Of a stretch of DNA of 64,000 bases, positions 40,236 to 52,937 are shown piece after piece. Made by a program: the position numbers and the translations under genes. Location: the NCBI GenBank assembly GCA_951406725.2, contig OX597826.1:63054001-63118000 (forward strand). The letters are read 5' to 3'. Every line of letters starts with the position of its first letter. Within the stretch, counting starts at the first letter, position 1. This DNA is from Octopus vulgaris (taxonomy: Eukaryota). The notes under the pieces were generated by a model. That model had not been told where the DNA came from. It searched no databases and saw nothing but the letters and a program-made list of their open reading frames with translations.

Positions 40236-40737
40236 CATAAAGTTGTAAATGCGTTTTGCAGGCATTTCATGTTTTTTTGTATTTTTATTACGGTATTGAT
40301 GATGTCATGTGAACATCATGCGGTTTACGCAAGACAGCACGGAGTGTAACACCCCAACACTGAACGCCATACCACAACACAACGTGTAGTCGCCCAACAC
40401 AGACAGTCCGGGATGCTTTCGGTCAAAAGTCTTCTGGATGAGAAGTGATCTCCGACCGGACGACGACATCTACTACGACAAGAACATCAACAACAACAAC
40501 AATGACAACAACAGAGGTAACGACGATTACAACAACAGCATCGGCGGCAACAGCAACTACTACTACTATTACTACTACTAATACTACTACTACTACTACT
40601 GCTATGTGTTTATTCATTCAGTAAATTGGTTTATTGGTTTATTGAAAAGTCTTAAACTTCCATTAATCAACTTCTTAATTGCTAATTATAACAACGAACG
40701 GTTGATTAACCAGCCAACCAGCCAACAATTGCTCCAA

Positions 40738-40788
40738 TGGTGGTGGTAGTGGCGGCGGCAGCGATGGCGCTGATGGTGATGGTGGTTT

Positions 40789-40836
<48 letters not shown>

Positions 40837-40884
40837 TAGTAGTAGTAGTGGGTGGTGGTGACGGTGGTGGTAGTTTTAGTACTT

Positions 40885-40918
<34 letters not shown>

Positions 40919-40929
40919 GTGGTGGTGGC

Positions 40930-40970
<41 letters not shown>

Positions 40971-41124
40971 GTGATAGTGGTGGTGGCGGCGGTGGCGGCA
41001 GCGGCGGTGGCGGCAGCGGCGGTGGCGGCAGCGGCGGTGGCGGCAGCGGCGGTGGCGGCAGCGGCGGCGGTGGTGGTGTTGGTGATGGTGGTCATCGCCG
41101 TCATCGTCGTCGTCGTCATTGTCG
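40738..41124. repeat. (GTA)n/(GGT)n tracts and (GGCGGTGGCGGCAGC)n 15-bp repeat
   Basis: Direct repeats. Confidence 0.9.
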
Positions 41125-41256
41125 AGGCCTTACTACAACCTTAATCACTCATAAATACTTTCTATTTATTAACGTCCACATAAAATATTACGTTACCACC
41201 AATTTCCACTGACTCTGCTCATGCTGCTGATATTGTTTGCACTGTTGCTATTGCTG

Positions 41257-41558
41257 TGGAGGCGCAATAGCCCAGTGGTTAGGGCAGCGGACTCGCGGTC
41301 GGAGGAACGCGGTTTCGATTCCCAGGCCAGGCGTTGTGTGTGTTTATTGAGCGAAAACACCTGAAAAGCTCCACGAAGCTCCGGCAGGGGGTGGTGGCGA
41401 CCCCTGTTGTACTCTTTCGCCACAACTTTCTCTCACTCTCTCTTCCTGTTTCTTGAGTAACGCGATGGACTGGCGTCCCGTCCAACTGGGGGGAACACAT
41501 ACACCACAGAAACCGGGAAACCGGGCCCATGAGACTGGCTAGGCTTGAAAAGGGCGAC
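41257..41558 (+). mobile_element. tRNA-derived SINE, family C (V-domain-like)
   Basis: A box TAGCCCAGTGG, B box GGTTTCGATTCCC, GCGATGGACTGGCGTCCCGTCCA...CAGAAACCGGG resembling the V-SINE central domain. Confidence 0.8.
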
Positions 41559-41937
41559 GTTTTTTATCGTGTCGCTGTTACTTTTGGTGTTGTTGTTGCT
41601 ATGTTGATGCTGTTGTCTTCTTCTTCCAATCAGGTCTCACGCCATTAGCCACAAAGAATAATCTCTAATTCGAGCCTACTCTAAGCTACCAAGAATGCGT
41701 GTGGCAACTTGAAGATCCACCCACCACACGCGATAGACTGGCGGTTGCACGGGCGCGAAAGCTACGTTGTTATCCTCATTCCGTAAACGGTGGCTTTTAA
41801 CGGGTGGAGAGCCGAACCATCTTGTGGTACAGGGAATTTGCAATCTAGACTAGGGTCTGACAGTTTACCACAAGTTTACCACAAGTCTGAAAGTTTACCA
41901 AAGTTACACCATGGTTCCTCTGCTTTGTGGCAGAAGT

Positions 41938-42123
41938 AGGAAGAAAGAGTGAGAGAAAGTTGTGGTGAAAGAGTACAGCGGGGACCACCCCTCCCCCGCC
42001 GGAGCCTCGTGGAGCTTAGGTGTTTTTGCTCAATAAAAACTCACAATGCCTGGTCTGGGAATCGAAACCGCGTTCTTACAACCACGAGTCCGCTGCCCTA
42101 ACCACTGGGCCATTGCGCCTCCA
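41938..42123 (-). mobile_element. SINE family C, 5' part, inverted relative to the 41257 copy
   Basis: Approximate reverse complement of 41257-41447. Confidence 0.85.
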
Positions 42124-43164
42124 CGATGCTGTTGTTGCTAACACTGCTAGTGTTGTTCATTCTGCTGTTATTGATGTTGTTGCTCCTAGCACTGCTGCTG
42201 TTGTTGCTAACTTCGCTGTTGTTTCTGCTAATATTAATGCTGTTGTTGCTAACACTACTGCTGGAGCTGGGGCTGTTGTTTCTGTTGCTAAAACTGATGT
42301 CGTTGCTAACACTACTACTACTACTACTACTACTACTGTTATTGCTATGTTTGTTGTTATAGCTGCGATGATGTTGCTAACACTGCTACTGCTAGTGATG
42401 CCGCTATTATTATTGTTGCTACTGCTATAACAGGCGCTGTTGTTGCTAACACTATTGCTAATGCTTCTGTTAATGTTGTTGATAATGCTGTTGCTAACAC
42501 TAGTACTTTCTTACTACTGATGTTTGTTTTTTTTCTCATTCCTTCTGAGTATACTGCTGGTATTGTTGCCAACACTTCTGATGCTAAAAGTTATGAAGCT
42601 GTTGATAACAACAACAAAAAAAACTGTCTACACAAACCAAAGATGAACATCGATGAACCTTACTTTTAAACCCAACGGCATGCGTTGATTTCTGTTTACT
42701 TTCGTTTGTACACCAATTTTACAGGTGTGTATGCGTGTATATCTATGTATGTTTGTATGTATGTGTATATCTATGTTGTATCTTGGGAGAGTTATTTTGT
42801 TTATACGAAACTAACACATGTACAGTACATGTGTTCCCCATTGGTTAAGCGACTTTCCCGAAAAAACAGAGGATTTCGCAGATAGGCGCAGGAGTGGCTG
42901 TGTGGTAAGTAGTTTGTTTACCAACCACATGGTTCCGAGCTAACCAAAGCCTTGTGAGTGGATTTGGTAGACGGAAACTGAAAGAAGCCCGTCGTATATA
43001 TATATATATACATATAAAAAGCAATAAAGATTCAAGTTAATTTAAATGAATTTACTTGAATATGGTACCTAACTTAGATGCACCAAAAAAAAACTATACT
43101 GATTTAACAATACAGTAATGTGGGGTGATTATAAGCGAGAATGAAGCAACAAGAATGGATAGGT

Positions 43165-43255
43165 TTTTAGTACAATCGTTTCATACAAGGACAGGTTTTA
43201 TTAAAAGTTGCAAAAATTACAGCATATAAACGTGTCCCGTACTCATCAGCTAAAA
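43165..43255 (-). ncRNA. Type-I hammerhead ribozyme, intact core
   Basis: Reverse complement of 44075-44165. Confidence 0.88.
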
Positions 43256-44074
43256 TACATGTGAGTTCTCTAGACATCTTAGTGGTTGAGGCTATACTCA
43301 TGAAGTAATGTAGATAATTAAGTAACATAAACAGATTTCAAAAGTTCATTAAAGTTCTTTAAAGATGATGTACAGTCTTATCACAGAATTTTAAAAAAGT
43401 CTTAATAGCATCACAGAGAAGGTGACCTAATCCATAGTGCACATATGAATTTCCAGAGATATGATGAGGGATTACATACTCACAGAAGACAAATTTATCC
43501 ATTGTTAATTACAACGAGGTGGGTTTCAATTCCTGCTTATTAGCATTACAGAGAGGGTGTATTAATCCTTTGTATAGATGCACAATTTCCAATGGTGTAG
43601 ATGTAAATTTCCAAGGAATTTCATATTCACAGGCGATAAATTTATCAATGGTTGAACACAATGAGGTAGGTATCAATTCTTGCTATATGATTAGGTATTT
43701 GCCACATTAATCACATTACTGCTATTTACAAGAGGCTGTAGCTATTTAACTTTTAAAGGCTGAAGGGCTTACTAGAGCTGTATAGAATAGAAAAGGGAAG
43801 GGCATAGAAGAAAAGAGAGAAAATAAAGGAGGAGGGAGCAAAAAGGGGGGGGACTCAAAGAGAAGAGAAAAGGAAAAAGAGAATAAGAAGAAGAAAAAGA
43901 AAAAGAGAAAAGAGAAAGAAATAGGGAAGGAAGGGAAAAAATTCTGTGATAAGACTGTACATCATCTTTAAAGAACTTTAATGAACTTTTGAAATCTGTT
44001 TATGTTACTTAATTATTTACATTACTTCATGAGTATAGCCTCAACCACTAAGATGTCTAGAGAACTCACATGTA

Positions 44075-44165
44075 TTTTAGCTGATGAGTACGGGACACGT
44101 TTATATGCTGTAATTTTTGCAACTTTTAATAAAACCTGTCCTTGTATGAAACGATTGTACTAAAA
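44075..44165 (+). ncRNA. Type-I hammerhead ribozyme, intact core
   Basis: UUUUAG-CUGAUGA-GUACGGGACA...UGUCCUUGUAU-GAAA-CGAUUG-UA-CUAAAA: 6-bp stem I, ~10-bp stem II, GUA cleavage triplet (predicted cut after 44159). Confidence 0.88.
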
Positions 44166-44496
44166 ACCTATCCATTCTTGTTGCTTCATTCTCGCGTATA
44201 TATACATATATATATATATGCGTGTGTACACGCATATATTCTCACTTGTGTGTCTGTGTTTGTCCCCCTAGCATTGCTTGACAACCGATGCTGGTGTGTT
44301 TATGTCCCCATTACTTAGCGGTTCGTCAAAAGAAACCGATAGAATAAGTACTGGGCTTACAAAAGAATAAGTCCCGGGGTCGAGTTGGTCGAGTAAAGGC
44401 GGTGCTCCAGCACGGTCGCAGTCAAATGACTGAAACAAGTAAAAGAGTAAAAAGAGAGAGAGTGTAAACTGCAAAACCGATATGTGGGTATATATG

Positions 44497-44528
<32 letters not shown>

Positions 44529-44671
44529 GTATATCTATGCATCTATATGTATTTGTTTGTGTGCGTGTGTATGGGATTTGGAACACCAAAGACGAATTTC
44601 GCGTCTGTACAGCGTTAAATAATGCAGATATGATCCACATGATAATATATATACATACATATATAACTGTG

Positions 44672-44712
<41 letters not shown>

Positions 44713-45132
44713 ATGAATGTATGTATGCATGCACAAATACATGCATATATATACATATAGATGCACATACAGGTAAATATATATATATATATATATATAT
44801 ACATACATATAATTCGTGTATGCCTCTGTGTGTGTTTGTGTAGGTATATATATGTGTATACAGATATACAAACCTAGTTCTTTGATGTAATACATAAAAC
44901 ATATATACCATGATAACTGACTAACAGTTCATATCTAATTTCATTTCGGTTCATAGATTCTAAAGGGGAAAATACAAACGAACAACGACAACAGTACGGA
45001 GCTGAATCTGATGAAACGTTTGCGAGTGTCAGAGTTAGTGTGCTTGTGTATATATGCGTATGTGAGGATGCGTAATCTTATAATGCTATCTGTTACTTCT
45101 ATCTTGTCCATCGACATGTGAAGATATCTCTA

Positions 45133-45239
<107 letters not shown>

Positions 45240-45411
45240 ATAGATACAAAAATGTTCAAATTACCCACAAGGAATTGATTTGAAAAGCCCACTCGATTGG
45301 GAGAAAGCGCTAATCGAATGATATGATCTGAATGATATGATATATATGTAAAAAATGTAATATATAAATAAATATCTATAAATATGAACCATCCGATCTG
45401 ATTACCTCATT

Positions 45412-45465
<54 letters not shown>

Positions 45466-45523
45466 TAAATATATACATATATAGATACATATATATACAT
45501 ACATAAATATATACATATATATA

Positions 45524-45604
<81 letters not shown>

Positions 45605-46460
45605 CTGATATGGATGGATGGATGGATGGATGGATGGTATGGATGTACACGCGCGCGGATATTTTGAATGGCATACGTTCGGGTGGGTGTATGTACTCGT
45701 ATATGTTTTTGTGTGTGTATGAGTATGCATGTTCATATTTATTCATAATAATATATAATACAAACATCAAACATAAGCACACAGACACATATATATGTGT
45801 GTATGCATAAATTAATATATATATATATATAAACACACATACACACACACACACATATACACGCACACACACATGCACAATATATATATACATATATATA
45901 TACATACATATATATATATATATATATATCATACATTTCTAAATATTTTGTACATGTGTGTATGTAATTATAAACAGCATATTTGGAAACAGAGTCACAT
46001 CAATCGTTGGATGACAATATGCAGTTTTTTTTCATTAAATATAATCGAAAGCCTTTCTCCGACCACCACCAACACCACCTCGTTCAATGATGGAAGCAAT
46101 TACTATTTCTGGTGATGATGAAATATGAACTATTCTTACAGTTGTTATATTAATTTTTTTTTTAATAAAGAAGACCTATCTACACTTGCCTTCATATAAC
46201 GCCTTTGTTTTTTTTGTTTTTTTTACGGACGTGTTTTTTAGGAGGTGTTTGTTTTTAATCTATAACTTTATGCTAACGACAATTACTTTTGTGTTTTGTA
46301 TAGCAACGCATATAAATCTGCATATTAAAGGGTGACAGGGGGGTGTTTCTGTTAATTGTAGAATTGATAAAGCTAAGCTTTTTTATTAATATACGACATG
46401 TCCATACATACGTGCATAGATACGTGCATACATACATGCTACATACATACATACGCGCGC

Positions 46461-46524
<64 letters not shown>

Positions 46525-46743
46525 ACACGCACACACACACATATTTAACTGTTGTGATTTATAGAGAAAATGTAGGGAAAATATGATAACCACAAGATGC
46601 AGTTTATATCATACATGCATAGATACATACACATGCATATATATATATATATATATATTATAGATAGATAGATGCATACATGCATACATGCTTACATACA
46701 CATATATGCATATATATACACATATATATATATATATCTACAC

Positions 46744-46814
<71 letters not shown>

Positions 46815-46936
46815 CTAAACTGGCAAAATGACCATTCCGAAATATAATAATAACAATATATATATATATACATATAAAAAGGAAAGAATAAATAGAGTCA
46901 AAAAGAAGAGGGATACGATTAGAAAGCTGTTTAATG

Positions 46937-47025
46937 ACCACTACACATGTTTCGATACAACATATATCCAACTACATACAGGATTTAAATTTAAATTAAG
47001 TAACGGTTGTATCTTCGCAGGTGAT
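46937..47025 (-). ncRNA. Type-I hammerhead motif with 1-nt core deletion (CUG-CGA)
   Basis: AUCAC-CUGCGA-A-GAUACAAC...GUUGUAUC-GAAA-CAUGUG-UA-GUGGU: perfect 8-bp stem II, 5-bp stem I. Confidence 0.7.
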
Positions 47026-47119
47026 ACATAATCGCTGTCTCCGTAATTAAATGTTCGATTTCGATGCTATCACATCCAACTGGCTCCTTTGAAAATATCT
47101 GTTCTTTCCTTTTTGCATT

Positions 47120-47267
47120 TTTACATTATTTACATTTGACGGATATTTGGCCTCATTTTGTTTGTTGTTAACACAACGTTTCGGCTAATATACCCTCCTG
47201 CCTTCATCAGGTGTCTTGGGGAAATTTCGAGCTTGGGTTCTCTTTTCTAAGGTTTTTTTTCAATGTA

Positions 47268-47357
<90 letters not shown>

Positions 47358-48735
47358 AATAATATTATTATTGGGGTTAGTAGCCCGCGCTCTTAATCAC
47401 TATGCCATATGCCCGTGGGCAATTATGGAATGAATTTTTAGGTCATATAAATCTAATATTTTCCTTTCCTCCCTTAATACCGGTTCCCATATGCTATTCA
47501 TATCTGCACTCGGTCTGCTTAGGAGGTTGTTGTGTCCTAGCATATGTGCTGCTTTTTTAGTTTTCGTATGGATGGTTGAAATTGAAGTTAAGGTATCGCC
47601 CAGTGAAGGTAGGTTTGCGTTATACGGATGTTCCGAATCCATACTCGGTGCGTGTTATTAATACGTCCAGGAATGCTAGCTGATTGTCTTTCCCTTTTCC
47701 ATTGTGAACTGTATGGATGATGGATGGCTTTATTGAGCTCACATGATCTAACAGCACTTGGACATCTTCCTGGTGGGGCCAGAGTATAAAGGTGTCATCA
47801 ACATATCGTAGCCACAGAGTCGGTTTTAGTGGTGTTGATCCTAAAACCAAATTCTCAAAGTATTCCATGTATATATTGGCTATTATCGGTAATAGTGAGG
47901 AACCCATAGCTAAACCCTCTTTTTGTCGATATATATCAGTGTCCATACTGAAATAGGTAATTTCTACACAGAAGCTCAACATTTCCATCAATTTTTTTAT
48001 TGGTATACGAGTGCGTTCTTTTAGATGGGTATCTGTCACTAGTTTTCCTTGTATCACCGACAGTGCTTCACCAATTGGGACTTTGGTGAACAGGCTTATC
48101 ACATCTAGACTCACCATCTGGTTTGATTCAATGGGGGTATCCTTGATCAATTCTGTGAAGTGGGTGGAATTCTTCACGTACGATGTTGACTTTCTTGCTA
48201 ATGGACTGATTATATCCACAAGGAAGCGGCTCAGTGGATGACATGCTGAACCTCTACAGCTCACTACAGGTCATAATGGAATACCATCCTTGTGAATTTT
48301 AGGGAGACCGTACACGTGTAGTAGTTTGCTGTAATGTTGAGTCGGTTGTCTGTATTTCATTAGTGTAAAGTGATCTTTGTTCTTGATCAAGATCTGACAA
48401 CTTCCTCTCTGTTTTCAGAATTGGGTCTTTCTTTACTTTGCTGTAGCTACCATCACTTATAATACTTGCCAATTTTTCCGAGTAGTCAGACTTGTTCATC
48501 ACCACTGTAGCATTTCCTTGTCCACTGGAAGTATTATGATGAAATTGTCACTCTGTTGTCTTTTGATAGCGAACTTTTCTTCCTTGATGATGTTTGGTTT
48601 AGGAAGTTTCGTTTTTCCAGTTCTTGTCTCACCTTCCACCTTAGTTCATCTCCCTGAGCTTTTGGTATCTTTACGGCTATCTCTCAATAGGGGCTAATAT
48701 GTCCAAGTATGGAATTTGCTTGATAGTTGTCACTA
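47120..48735 (-). mobile_element. Penelope-like element: decayed RT, most of endonuclease deleted, 3' pLTR with hammerhead
   Basis: ILPVDK(G)NATVVMNKSDY, PKIHKDGIPL*PVV, MVSLDVISLFTKVP, YRQKEGLAMGS, ANIYM, WLRYVDDTFILW, FLDVLI. Confidence 0.92.
47170..47215 (-). ncRNA. Minimal type-I hammerhead ribozyme, intact core
   Basis: GACAC-CUGAUGA-A-GGC...GCC-GAAA-CGUU-GUGUU; palindromic AACGUU; lies 3' of a PLE RT on the same strand. Confidence 0.85.
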
Positions 48736-48753
48736 AGTATGAAATGCGCTAGA

Positions 48754-49185
48754 TGGTTGCGATATGTTGATGACACTTTTATATTCTGGCCCCACCAGGA
48801 AGATGTCCAAGTGATGTTAGATCATGTGAGCTCAATAAAGCCATCCATACAGTTCACAATGGAAAAGGAAAAAGACAATCAGTTATAGCATTCCTGGACG
48901 TATTAATAACACGCACCAAGTATGGATTCAGAACATCCGTATACCGCAAGCCTACCTTCAATTCTCACCATCCATACAGTGTACAGAAGGGATTGCTCAG
49001 TGCCTAAAACATCATGCAAAGAATATAAGCAGCAATTCTGATACCCACCACGAAGAAAAGATCAAGCTCAGAAACAATGTATTAAGCAACAACTACCCCC
49101 AAAGGCATACTATCTACTCCAATTATGAAGATAAGAGAGGATGAAACCAATAAACTGTCTAGTGTCTGTCTACTGTATGTGAAAA
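48754..49185 (+). pseudogene. Second, inverted PLE RT/thumb fragment of the same family
   Basis: WLRYVDDTFIFWPHQEDVQ...FLDVLITRTKYGFRTSVYRKPT..SHHP...NNYP; approximate reverse complement of 47605-47814. Confidence 0.9.
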
Positions 49186-49540
49186 TTGTCATGATGTAAA
49201 GTGTAAAGGGGGAAACAGTTAAGGTCTATTCGTGGAAAGAAAAACCTACGGAAAAGACCACGGTAACCTCGGTCAATAATGTCACATGTTAACTCATTAA
49301 TTTTCAAGTAGGTAACCCTCTGTTTTAAATTTTTCAGGGTTCATAGGATTATGCTCAAGGTGGCTTCGTCCTTCATACATGCCATCCTTGCTACATTCAC
49401 CCATCTTTTTTGGGGGGGAAACATTCGTTAGACAAAACTTGCCTCTCTATTATCACATTCCTTTTCAAGTGATACTTGAAGAAGTTGATGAGAGATTGAC
49501 CAGGGAGGAAAGTGTTTGTCCCTAATACTTGATAGATAGC

Positions 49541-49589
<49 letters not shown>

Positions 49590-49699
49590 GGTGGTGGAGA
49601 GAGATAGTTGTGGGTGTTGATTGGTCGACTCCCATGTAAATACAACCGTGTACTTCTCAGTCGTGATTCAAGACGGAGCCAATACATAAACTGAAGAAC

Positions 49700-50420
49700 A
49701 AAACGATAATCCAAAACAAATCTTTTATAGCTAGAACCTGTTATCAACCTGGAGAAATGCAGCATCTTACGGGTTATATTGAGAAATATTCTCGGAATGT
49801 TATAGACATTGATGGAAAACCATGACAAAATATCAAGAATTTATAACCGATAATGGACATGAACTACGCAGAACAAACGAGTAATCTGTTTAGGATTCAT
49901 TGTGCGTAATAATACGTAAAAATCAGTGTAATATATTGCGCACTCATTTCCAGGAGAGTATGAACAATAAGCCTGGTAAATAAGCCACAGAAAGCCTTAA
50001 TCATCCAAAATTACGCTCCATCTAGCGATTACAATAACGAACAAGAAGAGATTTTCTATGAAGATCTGGTAGAAAATGATAAGGGAATATAACAAAAAAG
50101 ATGGGATTAGCTGTTCGTGATGTTGTGAAAGAAAATGTTAGTAAATAAGGCTTAGAGAGAAAAAATAAAGCTTTTCACGTATAGAATTGTCGAAAATTAT
50201 CACAAGAAAAAGAAACAAACTAATTACAGCAAAACTCGATATGGAAGCACAAAACTTCAAGAACAGTAATATAGTGTTCACCTGGAGGGAGATATAATAA
50301 ACTTATTGATTTTATTTTCATCACAAAAGGACATCAAACGAATATAAATGAAGCTAAAACTGGTGTTTCTCTACGTGCATCAGCTATTCTGATCTTTTAT
50401 TAATAACTATAAACGTAAAA
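49700..50420 (+). pseudogene. Decayed AP-endonuclease domain of an RTE-like LINE
   Basis: RTCYQPG, GFIVR, LIIQNYAPSSDYNNEQEEIFYEDL, SPGGRYNKLIDFIF. Confidence 0.65.
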
Positions 50421-50939
50421 CTGGGATATGTTCAAGAAGTACCTGAACGCAAAAATAATGGTATGATGGTAAAGAATTTTGAAAATCAGAATTGAAACCA
50501 AGAATCTCAACCACATGTATGATTATTATTATTTTCTATTTCAGTTCGTAGCATTCTGAGTTCAAATGCTGCCGAGGTCGAATTTCCTCCTTTCGGGTTG
50601 ATAAAATAAGTACCAGTTGAAGAGTGGGGTCGATGTAATCGATTTAACCGCTCCCAATTATCGACGACCGCTTCTGGTGAAATCACTTCCTCAACAAAAC
50701 GACTCGCCTTTCTCTTGAGGACCCGGATGATGCTTTAGCCCCCTCATCTTTCGCAATAATTAATGACTCTCAACAAACTTCAGGTGAGGCCTATAATGAA
50801 GTTTTTCACTAGCATCAAGACCGGTGTTGCTACTGCAAACGCACACATCCAGGTCCGCATCCAGAAAAGGCATAAAGTCGCACCTATACACACTCCGACC
50901 TTAACCCACAGATGCAGTATTTTTTTCTATCAAGTTTCC

Positions 50940-51128
50940 TCCTCACTTTTCTCTCTTTCTCTCTCTCTCTCTCTCTTTATTTCTCTCTTTGTTCCTTCCT
51001 CTCTATATCTCTCTCTGTTTCTCCTTCCCTATTTTTTCTCACTCTCTCTCTCTCTCTCTCTCTCGGTACATATTTCTCTCTCATTCTATCTTAGATAGAT
51101 AGGTAGACAGACAGACAGACATACAGAC

Positions 51129-51166
<38 letters not shown>

Positions 51167-51237
51167 GTAGATAGATAGATAGATAGATAGATAGATTGAT
51201 TGATTGATTGATTGATAGATAGATAGATAGATAGATA

Positions 51238-51315
<78 letters not shown>

Positions 51316-51356
51316 CTGATTGATTGATAGACAGACAGATATATATATATATATAT

Positions 51357-51415
<59 letters not shown>

Positions 51416-51416
51416 T

Positions 51417-51457
<41 letters not shown>

Positions 51458-51460
51458 TAG
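50940..51460. repeat. (CT)n, (GATA)n/(GATT)n and (GA)n microsatellites
   Basis: Direct runs. Confidence 0.95.
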
Positions 51461-52250
51461 TCGTTAGCTTTTATATATTTCTATCTCAAATCGGCACTTC
51501 AGCGCTTCACAACGCATAGAAATCGAGACACGTTGCCCATGGATGGCCGATTGTCATATCATTAATCACCTTGTAAACAACATTGCATCTAAATATTCAC
51601 GATTGCCATTAAAGATCAATGAGGTTACTCTATATTACATTCTTCTTTATGTTCAATTTTCTGTGCTTTTTTTTTTCTTTCGTAGAAAGAAAAAAAAAAA
51701 CACCTCCTGCTTATTACCTTTTCTACACCAGACGTCTACTCCACATGCCATGCACCTAAACAAGCCAAGAAATCAACACACACACATGTAGACGGTTGTA
51801 TATACACGCAGTGATAAACATGGGAATACACTCATTCCCAAAGGACACACATACACACAAGAGACAAGATAAAAATCATAGTACTATCCATTATGATACT
51901 TTCAATCAATAGCGAGGAAATTAAATTACGGTGTGTGTTTTAAGTTAATGAATGACTAGATATTAACTTACTAACCAGCTAAAGTGAAAGAAAAAACAAT
52001 ATTATAAAATATTATGTGGAAACAAAAAGGTAAATTAAAACATAAAAATTAATATTAAAAATTATATTTTCAGATAATAAAGTTTGAAGTAATTAATTCT
52101 AATATTACAATATATATGTGTGTGTGTGTGTGTGTGTATGTATATGTATCTATATGTATATGTATATGTGTATATATGTGTATGTATGTATGTGTGTATG
52201 TATATATATATACATATATGTATGTGTATATATATGCATGTACTTATATA

Positions 52251-52297
<47 letters not shown>

Positions 52298-52762
52298 ATA
52301 TATGAATGTTTATGTGTATATAGTATGTATGTGTAAGTATGTATGTATGTATGTATGTATGTATGTGTGTATGTATGTATGTATGTATGTATGTATGTAT
52401 GTATGTATGTATGTATGTATATATGTATGTATGTATGTATGTACGCGTATATTATGTGTGTATGTTTGTATGAATGTTTGTATGTCTGATTATGAGAGAA
52501 TGAGTCAAACGGACAGACAGACTGACAGAAATTTTTTATCGGTTCGGTTAGAATATTACAAATGTTTTATTATTGATTAATGAAATTACATTATGTCATG
52601 AAAACAATTCATATTTTTCTTTGGAAAAGAGGATGTTTGTGTTAAATATTATCACTGTATTAATTTCACATCAGAATATTAAAAAAATATAATGATATTT
52701 TAATGTTTGGTAGACGATACATGTAATTTATATTAGTTTAGATAATAATGATAATAATGATG

Positions 52763-52832
<70 letters not shown>

Positions 52833-52881
52833 TAAATAATAATAATAATAATAATAATAATGATAAATAATAATAATAATG

Positions 52882-52937
<56 letters not shown>

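Larger units (their letters stand above)
43015..44195 (-). mobile_element. Young Penelope-like non-coding element with 258-bp inverted pLTR
   Basis: Arms 43135-43392 and 43938-44195 are reverse complements with one mismatch seen; each carries a hammerhead. Confidence 0.8.
42883..44455 (+). mobile_element. SINE family B split by a PLE-type insertion in its internal (TA)n
   Basis: 5' half 42883-43010 ends at AAGAAGCCCGTCGTATATA; 3' half resumes ~44197-44455. Confidence 0.88.

Noticed and set aside
40420-40460. Imperfect hairpin CGGTC...GACCG as a miRNA candidate
   Set aside because: About 40 nt, too short and bulged, with no recognised mature sequence.
40977-41075. (GGGGS)n linker-like repeat suggesting vector contamination or a Gly/Ala-rich exon
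   Set aside because: It grades into GGT/GTA microsatellites with no flanking coding or vector sequence.
45001-45025. CTGATGAAACG hammerhead-like words
   Set aside because: No stem II between the core halves and no stem I pairing.
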